64,000 nucleotides of DNA, from positions 9,367-73,366 of IMG/VR virus record IMGVR_UViG_3300031555_005762; one strand, given 5' to 3'. How positions within the stretch are numbered: the first letter of the stretch is position 1; each line of letters begins with the position of its first letter. This DNA comes from a virus (Duplodnaviria > Caudoviricetes). The notes under the pieces are model-generated. The model made no database searches and was not told the DNA's origin. It saw only the letters and a program-made list of their open reading frames with translations. The translations under genes were made by a program, and so were the position numbers. Shown piece after piece: positions 1 through 9,504 of the stretch.

Positions 1-122
1 ATAAGAGCGATGGATTATCTTTGGGTTGAGGTGCATTTTGGACAGGAAAATCCTTGCCAAAGTCCCGGTCGGCATACGAATCTCTAAAATGCTAACCGGG
101 AGATTGGCGTGGAAAAGTCTGG

Positions 123-518
123 TTATTCTTCGTCCGGATCCAGATCCTTCAGCATGGCCAGCAGTTCTTCCGGAGACTTGGACTTCAGGGCGTTTTCTTT
201 CTGTTCAGCCAGGGCCTGCAGGATCTTCTTTCTCTGGATCTGCTGTTCTGCCTTTGCCTTGCGGGCTGCCTTTTCGTTCTGTTTCAGTTCGAAGATGGTT
301 TTGACGATTTCGATTTTGGCAGCGAGGATGGTGTCTTCCTTATTGCGGGTGGTCATGAGGCTGTCCTCTTCAGCCTTCTTCTGTTCGGACTTGAGGGACT
401 TATAGATGGCGTCCAGATCAGTTTCGGACAAATCGAAGAGGTCTTCGGTGGTGATTTCGCCCTTGAAATGGTAACGGAATTTGTTTCTGGCGGCGAGTTC
501 AAAGATGTTCTGTTCCAT
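123..518 (-). CDS. Conserved phage coiled-coil protein (131 aa; start moved to MEQNIFELAARNKFRY)
   Basis: AAGGAG RBS before ATG at 518; helical Lys/Glu-rich C-terminus. Confidence 0.8.
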   Translation of the reverse strand: MEQNIFELAARNKFRYHFKGEITTEDLFDLSETDLDAIYKSLKSEQKKAEEDSLMTTRNKEDTILAAKIEIVKTIFELKQNEKAARKAKAEQQIQRKKILQALAEQKENALKSKSPEELLAMLKDLDPDEE

Positions 519-531
519 ATTTGGTTCTCCT

Positions 532-1698
532 TTAATCATAGATATCGTTTCTGGTTCTGCCGTGGGAACTGTAATGTATATTGGCTGCAATATCCAGAAA
601 AGTAGCGTCCATGGGCTTTTCATCCATATGGGTGACTGCAAAATTTGAAGTCATGTTCTCAGAGGAATGACAACGAAGGTCTGATTGTACGGCAATGAGT
701 GTAGAAGCAATAGATAGTTCTCCATACCGCAGACTTCCCTGCCACGGATTGTCCACATTGGTCTGGTCGGCAGGGATACCAAGCTCTTCCCGGCTGGATT
801 CTTTCCACATAGGGCCTGCGCCGTGTCGGGTTTCGTAAGTACGCATGACGTAACACACTTCTGTCGGGATTTTACTTCCTGTTTTTGTTTCCAGGTCGGC
901 AAGCAGTCTGGCTGGTTCCTTCAGTCCTGTGCTGCAGGGGGTTGCATGGTGTTTGTCTTCGGCATAGTCAGGATCCAGACCGAGCCCCTGTCCGTTTTCG
1001 AACACCAGATGGTCGTACCTTGGCAGGATATCGTCCTCGGCCAGTTTTACGTGGTCAAGAAAAAAGTTCACGTCGTCCATGAAAACCTTGTCTATATCTG
1101 CACCCCAGTCGAACAGGAAGATAGAATCCTTCTCCGGGATCGTCATGTCGTATTCTTTGATTCTACGGGGCAGGTACTGTTCCCGTATGGCTTTCATGTA
1201 CAGGAAGTAGGTGCTTCTGGAAAATTCGCGGAGTTTCTGCAGGGTCAGGGGTTCGTCGCTTTTCTTATTTCGTTCGATGGTTTCCCACACGCCACAGCCG
1301 CAAGAGCCGTGACGGTCTTCCCCGCGCATGGTTTCCACGGTCTGGTTGATATAGACGTCATACGGGGTTGTGACGATGCAGGAGGGGTTTACGTACACGG
1401 TAGGGTGTATACCCATCTTTTCCAGTTCTTCCCATTCTTCGCGGAAAATCATAGGACTGACTATAAAGTTTCCTGCGATATAGGTATCTGCTCCGGCGAA
1501 GGTTCCGGATCCGATATGGCGGAACACATGGGTCTGGCCTTCCGGGGTTACTACGGTATGGCCTCTCTGGGCAGCACCGGCGGCGAAGACTGTACAGGTC
1601 TTTTTGCCGCTCTGTACGGCTCTGTGGGCGAAGTAGTCGGTCATGAGTCCTTTTCCTTCGTCACCGTATCTACATCCGATTACAACTTCAGCGGTCAT
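532..1698 (-). CDS. Divergent adenylosuccinate synthetase (PurA)-like ligase
   Basis: GDEGKG, QRGHTV, FENGQG, TYETRHGAGP motifs of the PurA fold; substrate loops diverged. Confidence 0.85.
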   Translation of the reverse strand: MTAEVVIGCRYGDEGKGLMTDYFAHRAVQSGKKTCTVFAAGAAQRGHTVVTPEGQTHVFRHIGSGTFAGADTYIAGNFIVSPMIFREEWEELEKMGIHPTVYVNPSCIVTTPYDVYINQTVETMRGEDRHGSCGCGVWETIERNKKSDEPLTLQKLREFSRSTYFLYMKAIREQYLPRRIKEYDMTIPEKDSIFLFDWGADIDKVFMDDVNFFLDHVKLAEDDILPRYDHLVFENGQGLGLDPDYAEDKHHATPCSTGLKEPARLLADLETKTGSKIPTEVCYVMRTYETRHGAGPMWKESSREELGIPADQTNVDNPWQGSLRYGELSIASTLIAVQSDLRCHSSENMTSNFAVTHMDEKPMDATFLDIAANIHYSSHGRTRNDIYD

Positions 1699-1933
1699 AC
1701 GTGTTCTCACTTTCTGGATTATTTTCTTTTTTCCGATATTTTTCCAATTCGATTTCCAGTTTTACAACGTATCGGTACAGAAGGAGATAACACAGAACGA
1801 CGATGACAATGATGATTCTGGAAATCAAGAAAAACAGAAAATCGGGATTCTGCGGGATCCAAAACAGGTTTATAAAGGATGCGCTAAGGGAACCTGTCAG
1901 CGAGATAAGACAGCATTTCTGATGATTTTTCAT
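1688..1933 (-). CDS. Small membrane protein
   Basis: 81 aa ORF with one hydrophobic helix, packed into the operon. Confidence 0.65.
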   Translation of the reverse strand: MKNHQKCCLISLTGSLSASFINLFWIPQNPDFLFFLISRIIIVIVVLCYLLLYRYVVKLEIELEKYRKKENNPESENTYDR

Positions 1934-1937
1934 AGCA

Positions 1938-2828
1938 TTACCACACGATATATCCGTTTTCGTCGGTCTGGGCGGCGGTGGAGGGTGTGGAGATGAATGC
2001 GGTTCTGGATGCGGCGTTGTCCTTTACGATCTGGATAATGGCGTCGGCCACCTCTTCAGTCTTTACGGTTCTGGCACGTTCGCCAAGATATTCCTGGAAT
2101 GTGGTCAGGCAGTTCTGGAAGTGATCATCGTAATAGGAACTGTTGAGATGGTTGACGTTCAGGTGGTAGATATCAAACTTTTCGGCAACCTTCGGGTACA
2201 GGTCTTTGGTTTCTACGTCGGTCTGGTTTGTGTCTCCTGTAACACGGTTCAGATCTGCACAGGGGAGATAGGGATTCAGGGTTTCGTCGCCCATGGTGAT
2301 GATGATGCCCTTCTGGCCACGCTTCCAGCAGTCCAGATCGGTATGGTACAGGCCGAAATACCATGCGGCGGTATAGGATTCGTACTTATTCCCGCCGCCG
2401 CCGGCTTCGAAATACAGTTTGTCCAGCTGTTCGGAGATGCGGATATCGGATTCAAACTGGCTGGCCTGGATGGGGGCTCTGTCGTATGCCAGATCTCCGA
2501 TGCCCATGGTCAGGAACTGGACATCCTTTACGGAATCGTACAGTTTGGTCATGACTACGTTGAGGGTTTTCGCTACCTCCACGGCTGCCGATCCCATGGA
2601 ACCGGTTACATCCAGAGCCAGGATTACGGGGATGGTTTCCGGGTGTTCTTCGCTGTCACGGCATTCCCGGATGACGCCTTTGGGATCCAGTGCGGGATCC
2701 AGATGCCGGCTTTTATACAGCTCCTGTGCGCTGCCGGAGAAATCCAGAAGACCGTCTGCGGACACAGACATTCCTTTAGCGAGGGAGGTTGTTACGTATG
2801 ATTTGGCGCTCCATGAACCGTATCCCAT
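1938..2828 (-). CDS. von Willebrand factor A (vWA) domain protein
   Basis: ILALDVTGSMG MIDAS motif, GGGGN.ESY, IITMGDE. Confidence 0.85.
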   Translation of the reverse strand: MGYGSWSAKSYVTTSLAKGMSVSADGLLDFSGSAQELYKSRHLDPALDPKGVIRECRDSEEHPETIPVILALDVTGSMGSAAVEVAKTLNVVMTKLYDSVKDVQFLTMGIGDLAYDRAPIQASQFESDIRISEQLDKLYFEAGGGGNKYESYTAAWYFGLYHTDLDCWKRGQKGIIITMGDETLNPYLPCADLNRVTGDTNQTDVETKDLYPKVAEKFDIYHLNVNHLNSSYYDDHFQNCLTTFQEYLGERARTVKTEEVADAIIQIVKDNAASRTAFISTPSTAAQTDENGYIVW

Positions 2829-3418
2829 TATGCTTCCTCCGTTTCTGCTTCGGTTTCTTCTTCGTCATCGAAGTCGAACATACCATCGAACATATCTTCC
2901 ATGTCACCGCCCATCATCATAGACATAACCATCATATTTTTCATGTCTCCGCCGGTGCCGCCGCCTTTCATCATTTCCCCGAGCATCATCATTTTCATGA
3001 TCTTCTTCATGCCCTTTTCGCCCTTCAGGCCGCTGCCGGAGCCGAACATGGAGATGACCTTGCCGTAGAAATAGGTATTGCCCATGAATACATGCCGTTC
3101 GGGAAGGATGGTTTTGACACTGGAATCTTCGTAGTCGATGACGGTGATCTGCTTCTTGCCGGGTTCGATGACGCACTTGGGCTTGCCGCCTACGAGGATG
3201 ATATCGCCGGCTTCTACTTTATTGGTGGGCATGACCATGAAGAATTCGTCCATGGCGTCGCCGCTGAACAGGAAGCCGCTGCAGTTGACGAGATTGCCGG
3301 TCTTGAGGTTATAGGACTTATAACCGGTGCTGGTTTTAACGGCGATATCGCCGTTCATGGAAAGTCTGCACATGCCGGAGCCGAGTTTGCCGCACATGCC
3401 GGATGCGATGTTGAACAT
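2828..3418 (-). CDS. Conserved hypothetical protein (vWA-cluster partner, Met-rich C-terminus)
   Basis: 196 aa, GGAG RBS, translationally coupled to the vWA gene. Confidence 0.8.
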   Translation of the reverse strand: MFNIASGMCGKLGSGMCRLSMNGDIAVKTSTGYKSYNLKTGNLVNCSGFLFSGDAMDEFFMVMPTNKVEAGDIILVGGKPKCVIEPGKKQITVIDYEDSSVKTILPERHVFMGNTYFYGKVISMFGSGSGLKGEKGMKKIMKMMMLGEMMKGGGTGGDMKNMMVMSMMMGGDMEDMFDGMFDFDDEEETEAETEEA

Positions 3419-3433
3419 AGTTTTGTCTCCTTT

Positions 3434-3622
3434 TCAGTTCAGTTTGTCATTTGTTATGAATACGCCGATTGCTGTGATAATGAAACCGGCGATGATCATA
3501 CATACTCTAAGGGAATTTGGATCGTAGGATGGGTTCCTGATGCCACCAACGGCTCCTCCTGCGATCAGGATCAGGACTCCGATGGTGATAATGAGTAGGC
3601 GGATCAGGTTTTGTTTCTGCAT
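3434..3622 (-). CDS. Small two-helix membrane protein
   Basis: Two hydrophobic segments, AGGAG RBS. Confidence 0.7.
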   Translation of the reverse strand: MQKQNLIRLLIITIGVLILIAGGAVGGIRNPSYDPNSLRVCMIIAGFIITAIGVFITNDKLN

Positions 3623-3633
3623 AGGGTTCTCCT

Positions 3634-4041
3634 TTATGCGGAAGCAGATGTAAGGGTTTCAATAATATCCAGTATTGCTTTTTCCGGGAAGTGAATGGCG
3701 GTCAGGATGTCGATGGACTGAACAGATACGACAATACAAGTGATAATGAAAAAGACAATTGCACAAGTAAAGGATACCGCAAAAAATTCGTCCAACATCC
3801 TATTGCCAAATTCATCTTTCTTAACCGAAAAGAACCAAATGACAGTCACGATAGCTATAAGAATGGTAATAACAGCAATGAATATAATCCAGAAGATGGA
3901 TGTTGAGATTTCGTACTGGATCAGGTTCTCACCGAGGGATTGGACATATGGGAGGATATTTTCCTGTGTCCAGTCGATGACGATGCCGAATTTGCCGCAA
4001 AGGTATTCGAGAACTTCGATGATTTCATTACTGACGGTCAT
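3634..4041 (-). CDS. Membrane protein
   Basis: 135 aa, two hydrophobic helices, coupled start. Confidence 0.7.
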   Translation of the reverse strand: MTVSNEIIEVLEYLCGKFGIVIDWTQENILPYVQSLGENLIQYEISTSIFWIIFIAVITILIAIVTVIWFFSVKKDEFGNRMLDEFFAVSFTCAIVFFIITCIVVSVQSIDILTAIHFPEKAILDIIETLTSASA

Positions 4042-4272
4042 TTAGTCTTCCTCTTCCTCTGCGGAATTTCCCTCTTCGTAATCTACGTTTTCGTCTACAT
4101 CTCCGGTGTATACAGTAGCTCCACAATGAGAACAATGGAATGAACAGCAGTTGAATTCGCTGAGGTTTACGGTAACTTCTTCTTTTCCGTTGATTTCCAC
4201 GATGTGGTTGGGTTCACATTCATTGCCGCACACAGGGCAGTCTACAGTAATGCAATAAGACTGGAGTTTCAT
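4042..4272 (-). CDS. Small zinc-ribbon protein
   Basis: CPVC...CSHC cysteine pairs; AAGGA RBS. Confidence 0.7.
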   Translation of the reverse strand: MKLQSYCITVDCPVCGNECEPNHIVEINGKEEVTVNLSEFNCCSFHCSHCGATVYTGDVDENVDYEEGNSAEEEED

Positions 4273-4286
4273 GATAGTATCCTTTC

Positions 4287-6350
4287 TCAGAATTTGATTT
4301 TCAGCATTCTTTCGGTGCTGCCGGTGACCTTTACGACCAGTTCATTTCTCTGGGTTTCGGAAAATCCGAGGCCGGAGAGCTGGTTTTCGTCGGGTTCTGC
4401 CGACATTCTGCTGCCGAGGGCTTCGAAGACTCTGTTATGTTCCAGCAGTTCGTTCTTCAAGTATTCGTTGAAGAAGCCGCTGGGGGAGTCGGGGTTCTGA
4501 CAATCCTTCAGGAGGAAGAAGTAGTGCTTGTTGCCGATACCGGTAGTTTCATTCCAGTAGTTGGGGGAATGGCAGATCAGGGACACGGGGATAAAATTGT
4601 TGGTCTGGATGTTCCATACTTCTTTGGAGGACTGGTCGGAGGGGAGATGGTGAGTGATGGTGAACTGGTTTCCCTTTTTGGTGACAGTGGCTACCTTGAC
4701 GCTTTCGCCAGTGCGAAGTTCATTGGAATGAGAATAGGTATAGATGGTACCGTCGAATTCGATTTCTGCCCGGAAGCTGTTATTACCGGTTCTTCTGGCA
4801 TAACAATGAACCCAGAAGGCATACGTACCGTCGGGCATTCCAGAGCGGCTGGGCCATGTGATGTTCTCAACGGCTGCATTCTTTTCAGGTCTTGTGATGT
4901 CTACATCCAGCTCTCCTGTGCCGATGCGACGATCTGCAAAATAGATATGACCGTTCGGGGCCTTGCAGTGGGCGTCCAGGTCGTCGTTACAGTTGCCCTT
5001 ATCGTTCCACTGGATGCTGAAGCGAAGATCCCCGGTTACGCTGCCGCCGGCTTTTTCCACGTTCTGGCGGATATCAGAGTCGGCGATGTTTCCGGCATAT
5101 GCCCAGCTGAAGGGGTTATCCCACTTGAACATGGAGGGAGCTTCCGGATCCTTGGGAGCGATGAGAGAAACGAGGTTTTTGGTATGCTTCCCTTCCACGT
5201 AGACTTCTACCTTACTCGCGGTAGGCAGGACATCGGCGAGGAATTTTTCGATATGGATTTCTTCCACTCTGTCAAAGGAAAGGGGTTTCTTTTTGGTTTC
5301 GGCGGACATAGCGGCGAAGACATCATTGGTATTGACGTTCTTCATGCGGCTGACTACGCTTCTGTCGGCGAAGAGGACGTTGTTGACGGTAACGTCATCC
5401 AGACGGGCGAATCTTCTGCCGAGGGAGTTCATATAGCCCATTTCTTCCAGCTTTGCCTTTGCGTCGTCCAGCATTTTCTGGGTGAAGATGGCCTTGGGAC
5501 GCTTATAGTTGGTGGGGGCTACGATATTCTCGTACCGCTTGACGGCGGTTTCCAGATTCTCACCGTAACTGATGTCGGTCAGGAGGGTGCCGATGCTGTG
5601 GTTGCGCATATGGGCGATGACCTCGCCGGTCTGCAGGTACCACTTCCAGCATTTCAGGTGTTTTGCTTTTTCAGAGGACTGTCTTTCAAATTCTTCCTTG
5701 AAAGCCCGGAAAGTCTTCAGCTGGTTCTTCCATTCGGCACCGCGGTACAGGGAATCCTGGGCGATGAGTTCCAGAACGGTGTTTACGGATTCCAGTGTGA
5801 TTTCGTTCAGGGAGCGGTAGAACACGGCTTCTCCGGTTTTGGCGTTGCCGCGGGTGGTACCATGCGTTGAAGCGGGTTTGACGTAGGATGCGGGGAGGAG
5901 GGCATGGAGGTGTTCCCACTGTTCGACCTCGCCGTTCTTATTCTGGCCGATGGTTTTATCGGTGCCGATTCTTCGGGTATCGGTCATATACAGGGAATCG
6001 ATGCTGCGGCTCTGGATGAAAGTATCCAGCTTCTTTGTGGTGTTTCCATACTCAGGGTTATCGAAGCCGAAATTCCAGACGGTTTCCATGGAGGGTTCGC
6101 CGGTGACGGGGTCTTCTTTGATAATTACTACACCGCCGAAATTGCGGATGAACTGTTTGCAGGCGTTGCAGTCCAGTTCCCGGCGTTCTCGGAAGAGTTT
6201 GTTATGTTCCGGAGGGAAGCTGTCCAGGTAGAGATTATAGAGGACGGTTCTGTCATCCGGGGTCAGTTCCACTTCAAACAGGGTGGGGGTGGTGGACAGC
6301 ATGGCATTCAGGTGATCGGTGAAATCGGTGAGGAATTTGTTGAAGTTCAT
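4287..6350 (-). CDS. Large conserved phage protein with YfaP/TerD-like beta domain
   Basis: 687 aa; N-terminal CNAC; LRFSIQWN..DDLDAHC..GELDVD..VENITW signature. Confidence 0.75.
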   Translation of the reverse strand: MNFNKFLTDFTDHLNAMLSTTPTLFEVELTPDDRTVLYNLYLDSFPPEHNKLFRERRELDCNACKQFIRNFGGVVIIKEDPVTGEPSMETVWNFGFDNPEYGNTTKKLDTFIQSRSIDSLYMTDTRRIGTDKTIGQNKNGEVEQWEHLHALLPASYVKPASTHGTTRGNAKTGEAVFYRSLNEITLESVNTVLELIAQDSLYRGAEWKNQLKTFRAFKEEFERQSSEKAKHLKCWKWYLQTGEVIAHMRNHSIGTLLTDISYGENLETAVKRYENIVAPTNYKRPKAIFTQKMLDDAKAKLEEMGYMNSLGRRFARLDDVTVNNVLFADRSVVSRMKNVNTNDVFAAMSAETKKKPLSFDRVEEIHIEKFLADVLPTASKVEVYVEGKHTKNLVSLIAPKDPEAPSMFKWDNPFSWAYAGNIADSDIRQNVEKAGGSVTGDLRFSIQWNDKGNCNDDLDAHCKAPNGHIYFADRRIGTGELDVDITRPEKNAAVENITWPSRSGMPDGTYAFWVHCYARRTGNNSFRAEIEFDGTIYTYSHSNELRTGESVKVATVTKKGNQFTITHHLPSDQSSKEVWNIQTNNFIPVSLICHSPNYWNETTGIGNKHYFFLLKDCQNPDSPSGFFNEYLKNELLEHNRVFEALGSRMSAEPDENQLSGLGFSETQRNELVVKVTGSTERMLKIKF

Positions 6351-6361
6351 TCTATATTCTC

Positions 6362-6757
6362 CTATAGGAAAGTATCTTTAAGGGTTTCGTAGAAGATAGT
6401 GAAATCGGAAAAATATTGTTTTGTGATCTGAAAACCTATAGGAAAATGGGTTTCGGGATCCACAACGCAGTACAGGCACGGGTAGGTTTCCGGGGGCAGG
6501 ACTTCCTGCATATCGTTTCTGAACCAGCTGAGGTATTTTTTCAGGAACTGGAAATCAGCCTCGGTATGGAGGATATACACACGGGCTGTTCTGCCGCTGT
6601 CCAGTTCTGCGGGCCATGGGATATGGATATATGGCATTTTTGCGGCTTCTTCGGCAAGTTTTTTGGCCTTTTCGTATCTTTCGCATTTCTCTTTATCGGA
6701 GAACTCGAAGCCGTCGTCGCTATACCAATAGGTTTTTGTGATGGTTTTTTCGATCAT
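6362..6757 (-). CDS. Hypothetical protein
   Basis: 131 aa ORF with GGAG RBS in operon. Confidence 0.7.
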   Translation of the reverse strand: MIEKTITKTYWYSDDGFEFSDKEKCERYEKAKKLAEEAAKMPYIHIPWPAELDSGRTARVYILHTEADFQFLKKYLSWFRNDMQEVLPPETYPCLYCVVDPETHFPIGFQITKQYFSDFTIFYETLKDTFL

Positions 6758-6766
6758 GAGGTCTCC

Positions 6767-7069
6767 TTATATATCTTTGAATCCACCCATTTGGCGGTCG
6801 TCCGGAGGATCCGATGGTGTCAGCCTGCATCTTTTATTCAGCCATTCTTCCGCTGACTCGATGCTGTCATAATAGCATCCGTACAGTCGGAACATGGGAC
6901 AGTCTTCGTCCGCCCCTGTGCTGCTGTCATGGATTACCATATAAGACAAACCAGACCATGGATCTTCAAGGTATTCTTCCTCTTTGGGATTTCCTTCGTC
7001 ATCGCAGAGATGCGCATGGAATTTTCCGCCGCAGAACGGACATGGTTTGGTACGCAGGTTTATGATCAT
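6767..7069 (-). CDS. Lar-like (restriction alleviation-type) zinc-finger protein
   Basis: N-terminal KPCPFCGG motif; GGAGG RBS. Confidence 0.55.
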   Translation of the reverse strand: MIINLRTKPCPFCGGKFHAHLCDDEGNPKEEEYLEDPWSGLSYMVIHDSSTGADEDCPMFRLYGCYYDSIESAEEWLNKRCRLTPSDPPDDRQMGGFKDI

Positions 7070-9309
7070 ACGCCCTCCTTATAGGTGGTAAGGAACTGTT
7101 TTCTGAGGGTACAGATATTGGTGCGGGTCTGGTCGGCGAGGGTCATACTGTCGGCAGGGGACATGGTTTCGTGCAGGTGTTTGCACCAGCCGTAGAAGGC
7201 GTTTTCCATGGGGGTCAGTAGGCTGCCGGTGTATTTGTAACTGCCGGTCTTCAGGGTGGAGACTGCTACGCTTCTGAGGTTCTTCCATTTCTTGTAATAC
7301 GCCAGTTTCATTTTGGTCATGAAGCCGTGGGCGTCTTCCAGAACGAAGCCTTCGATATATTCGCCGTTCCATGTATAGTCTTCCTTCAGCATTTCTTCAA
7401 ACCACGGGACGAAGCTTTGCCAGCTGTCAATGGTATAGGCGATCTTTTTGACCTCCAGTCCGAGGTGGTCTGCCAGATTCCACAGGTCTTCGTAAGAGAA
7501 TTTTTCAAAATTCGGCTGGTTTTTGATGACATCCAGCAGGACAACCTTGGATTTCGGATACTCGATGATATGGGGATCTTTTTCCATATCACAGCATTCG
7601 AACACAAAGGAGACGTTGCCCTGCAGGACATACTCTTCGATGCGGTTCATGGTTTCTTCGCCGTACTGGCGGTACAGGTTTTCCCGGAAGATATCGGCGA
7701 AGGGGCCTCTGGGAGTGGATTTGCTGCAGATAAGCAGGTCATTCGTTGCGGGATCTCTGCCGACGATGCCCAGAAAACCGTTTTCCTTGACATAGGCTTT
7801 TACCGGGAAATGAAGTTTGTAGCGCAGGCTGGAAAGGGAGGTTTCGGGGCGTTCGTTGATAGCGAAGAACTTATCATAGCTTCTGGCTACGATTTCGTAG
7901 GTTTCGTTGTCGATGAACAGACCTCTTGCTTTGGTGGTGATGCTGTCCCATGCTTTGTCGTTGAATGCCTGTCTTGTGAAATTCAAAGAGGAAACTCTGC
8001 CAAAGCGGTTTTCCTTTACGTTCCGGCTGCCCCGCATTTCATGTACCATCTGATACGTAGTCATGTCTACGTTCTCGCCCGGAAGTCTGGCGTTGTCCTC
8101 GGCTTCCTTTTCTTCCTGGGTCTGGAAAACTTCGTTCTTAACGGCAGCGGTGGTGATACCTTCCTTTGTGATCTGCACGGCTCTCAGGAATCCGCCCCGT
8201 TCCACATCTCCTTCCAGATTGTATGTACAGTCTGTAGTCTGGATGGGGGATTTTTCGACGTTGCGGTGACCGTGGATCTGAATGGCATATCCGTTTGTGT
8301 GATTGCAGAAAGATTCGTCCGCAAGGTTTGCTTCGCTGTAGCGGCCGGTACCCCGGATCAGCTGGTCTGTGGCAACGGTAGTAAGCTCAACGGGCATGTT
8401 AGCCAGTCCGCCGTGGGTGATGAGGAAGGTTTTATCATAGTAAGTGAAGTAGGCACACTGGCACAGGCGGCGATAGAATTCACGGATGGCTTTCTTGGAA
8501 ACGCCGGCTTTGTCCAGCTGGGGTTTGGTGACGAACTCGAATTCCCTGCTGTCGGCGATTTCGTCATTAGCGTACTTCCAGAGCCATCGTTCATGATTTC
8601 CTTCCAGAAATATCATGTTCTTGTGACCGGTCTGGGTCAGAAGGAAGTTTACGGTTTCGGCATTTTCGATGCCCCTGTCTACGTAGTCACCGGTAAAAAT
8701 ATATAGCTCGTCCGGTTGGATGCCGCCATCCTCTGCAAAATACTGCTGCAGGACGGTATTGCAGCCGTGGATATCACCGATTACGTGGATTTTCTTCCAG
8801 TCGGACAGGACGGCAGGTCTGTACCAGATCTTGTAGAGTTCGTCCGGCTTCAGAATCTGGATGCCTGCGGGGACTTTTTGGGTTTCGAAGCGGGAGAGCA
8901 TTTTATCGATGACTTCTTCCGGTACCTGCTTCAGGAGGGGGCGGGTCATGTTTCGCTGCAGCAGGGTTTCTCTCGGGACATCGGTCATATCGATGCAGTA
9001 GATCCGGTAGCGGTACTGGTCGGCCAGGTCTCTGTAGCGTTTCATCTCTTCCGTTTTGGAATTGGTGGCGTCGATGACAGTGAATTCGCCATGCTGCATT
9101 CTGGTTTCGAGAATCTGAAACAGGGTTTTCCATACCAGTTTGTCGTTTTCCTGACTGATACGGCAGAAACCGCTTGTGTCCATGGTGGGACTGGCGCACA
9201 TAAGACGGATGTCATCGGCGCAGAGGGAATAGGGTTTCAGGGCGTGTTCTTCGATATATGTGGATTTTCCGCAGCCGGGTGCGCCGCGGAACAGGAGGAG
9301 GACTCTCAC
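7066..9309 (-). CDS. Polynucleotide kinase / metallophosphoesterase / RNA ligase (Rnl1-type) fusion, RNA repair enzyme
   Basis: P-loop GAPGCGKS; GDIHG, GDYVDRG, GNHE phosphoesterase motifs; SYDKFF and KENG ligase motifs. Confidence 0.9.
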   Translation of the reverse strand: MRVLLLFRGAPGCGKSTYIEEHALKPYSLCADDIRLMCASPTMDTSGFCRISQENDKLVWKTLFQILETRMQHGEFTVIDATNSKTEEMKRYRDLADQYRYRIYCIDMTDVPRETLLQRNMTRPLLKQVPEEVIDKMLSRFETQKVPAGIQILKPDELYKIWYRPAVLSDWKKIHVIGDIHGCNTVLQQYFAEDGGIQPDELYIFTGDYVDRGIENAETVNFLLTQTGHKNMIFLEGNHERWLWKYANDEIADSREFEFVTKPQLDKAGVSKKAIREFYRRLCQCAYFTYYDKTFLITHGGLANMPVELTTVATDQLIRGTGRYSEANLADESFCNHTNGYAIQIHGHRNVEKSPIQTTDCTYNLEGDVERGGFLRAVQITKEGITTAAVKNEVFQTQEEKEAEDNARLPGENVDMTTYQMVHEMRGSRNVKENRFGRVSSLNFTRQAFNDKAWDSITTKARGLFIDNETYEIVARSYDKFFAINERPETSLSSLRYKLHFPVKAYVKENGFLGIVGRDPATNDLLICSKSTPRGPFADIFRENLYRQYGEETMNRIEEYVLQGNVSFVFECCDMEKDPHIIEYPKSKVVLLDVIKNQPNFEKFSYEDLWNLADHLGLEVKKIAYTIDSWQSFVPWFEEMLKEDYTWNGEYIEGFVLEDAHGFMTKMKLAYYKKWKNLRSVAVSTLKTGSYKYTGSLLTPMENAFYGWCKHLHETMSPADSMTLADQTRTNICTLRKQFLTTYKEGV

Positions 9310-9503
9310 TTATGGGTATCTCCTTTCTCTTGGGTTTTGGATTTGCGGTTCTGCCATTTTCCTTTTAGATAGTCGATGATGTCGGTTTCTTCGTCGAGAA
9401 ACTGGTAAACAAAAACAAGACCGAAGAATATGGCTACAAGGGTGAAAACGACAATAAGGATAGACATACAAATGAGGAATGTATTCAGAAGGAATGACCA
9501 CAT
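9306..9503 (-). CDS. Small membrane protein
   Basis: 65 aa, N-terminal hydrophobic helix, GTGA overlap with next gene. Confidence 0.65.
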   Translation of the reverse strand: MWSFLLNTFLICMSILIVVFTLVAIFFGLVFVYQFLDEETDIIDYLKGKWQNRKSKTQEKGDTHK

Positions 9504-9504
9504 A

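Noticed and set aside
1-135. Stop-codon reassignment suggested by an in-frame TAG in a possible ORF at the left edge
   Set aside because: All long genes are intact under code 11, and TAG ends 6362-6757 cleanly just before the next RBS
532-1698. PurZ / Z-genome pathway
   Set aside because: The catalytic Asp of GDEGKG is retained (PurZ has Ser) and no dATPase or MazZ-type partner is recognisable in the window
4171-4187. Extra copy of the AAAGAAGAAGTTACC motif
   Set aside because: Lies in coding sequence (K-E-E-V-T), lacks the final A, and can be explained by codon usage; the in-gene copy at 11781 carries the same caveat
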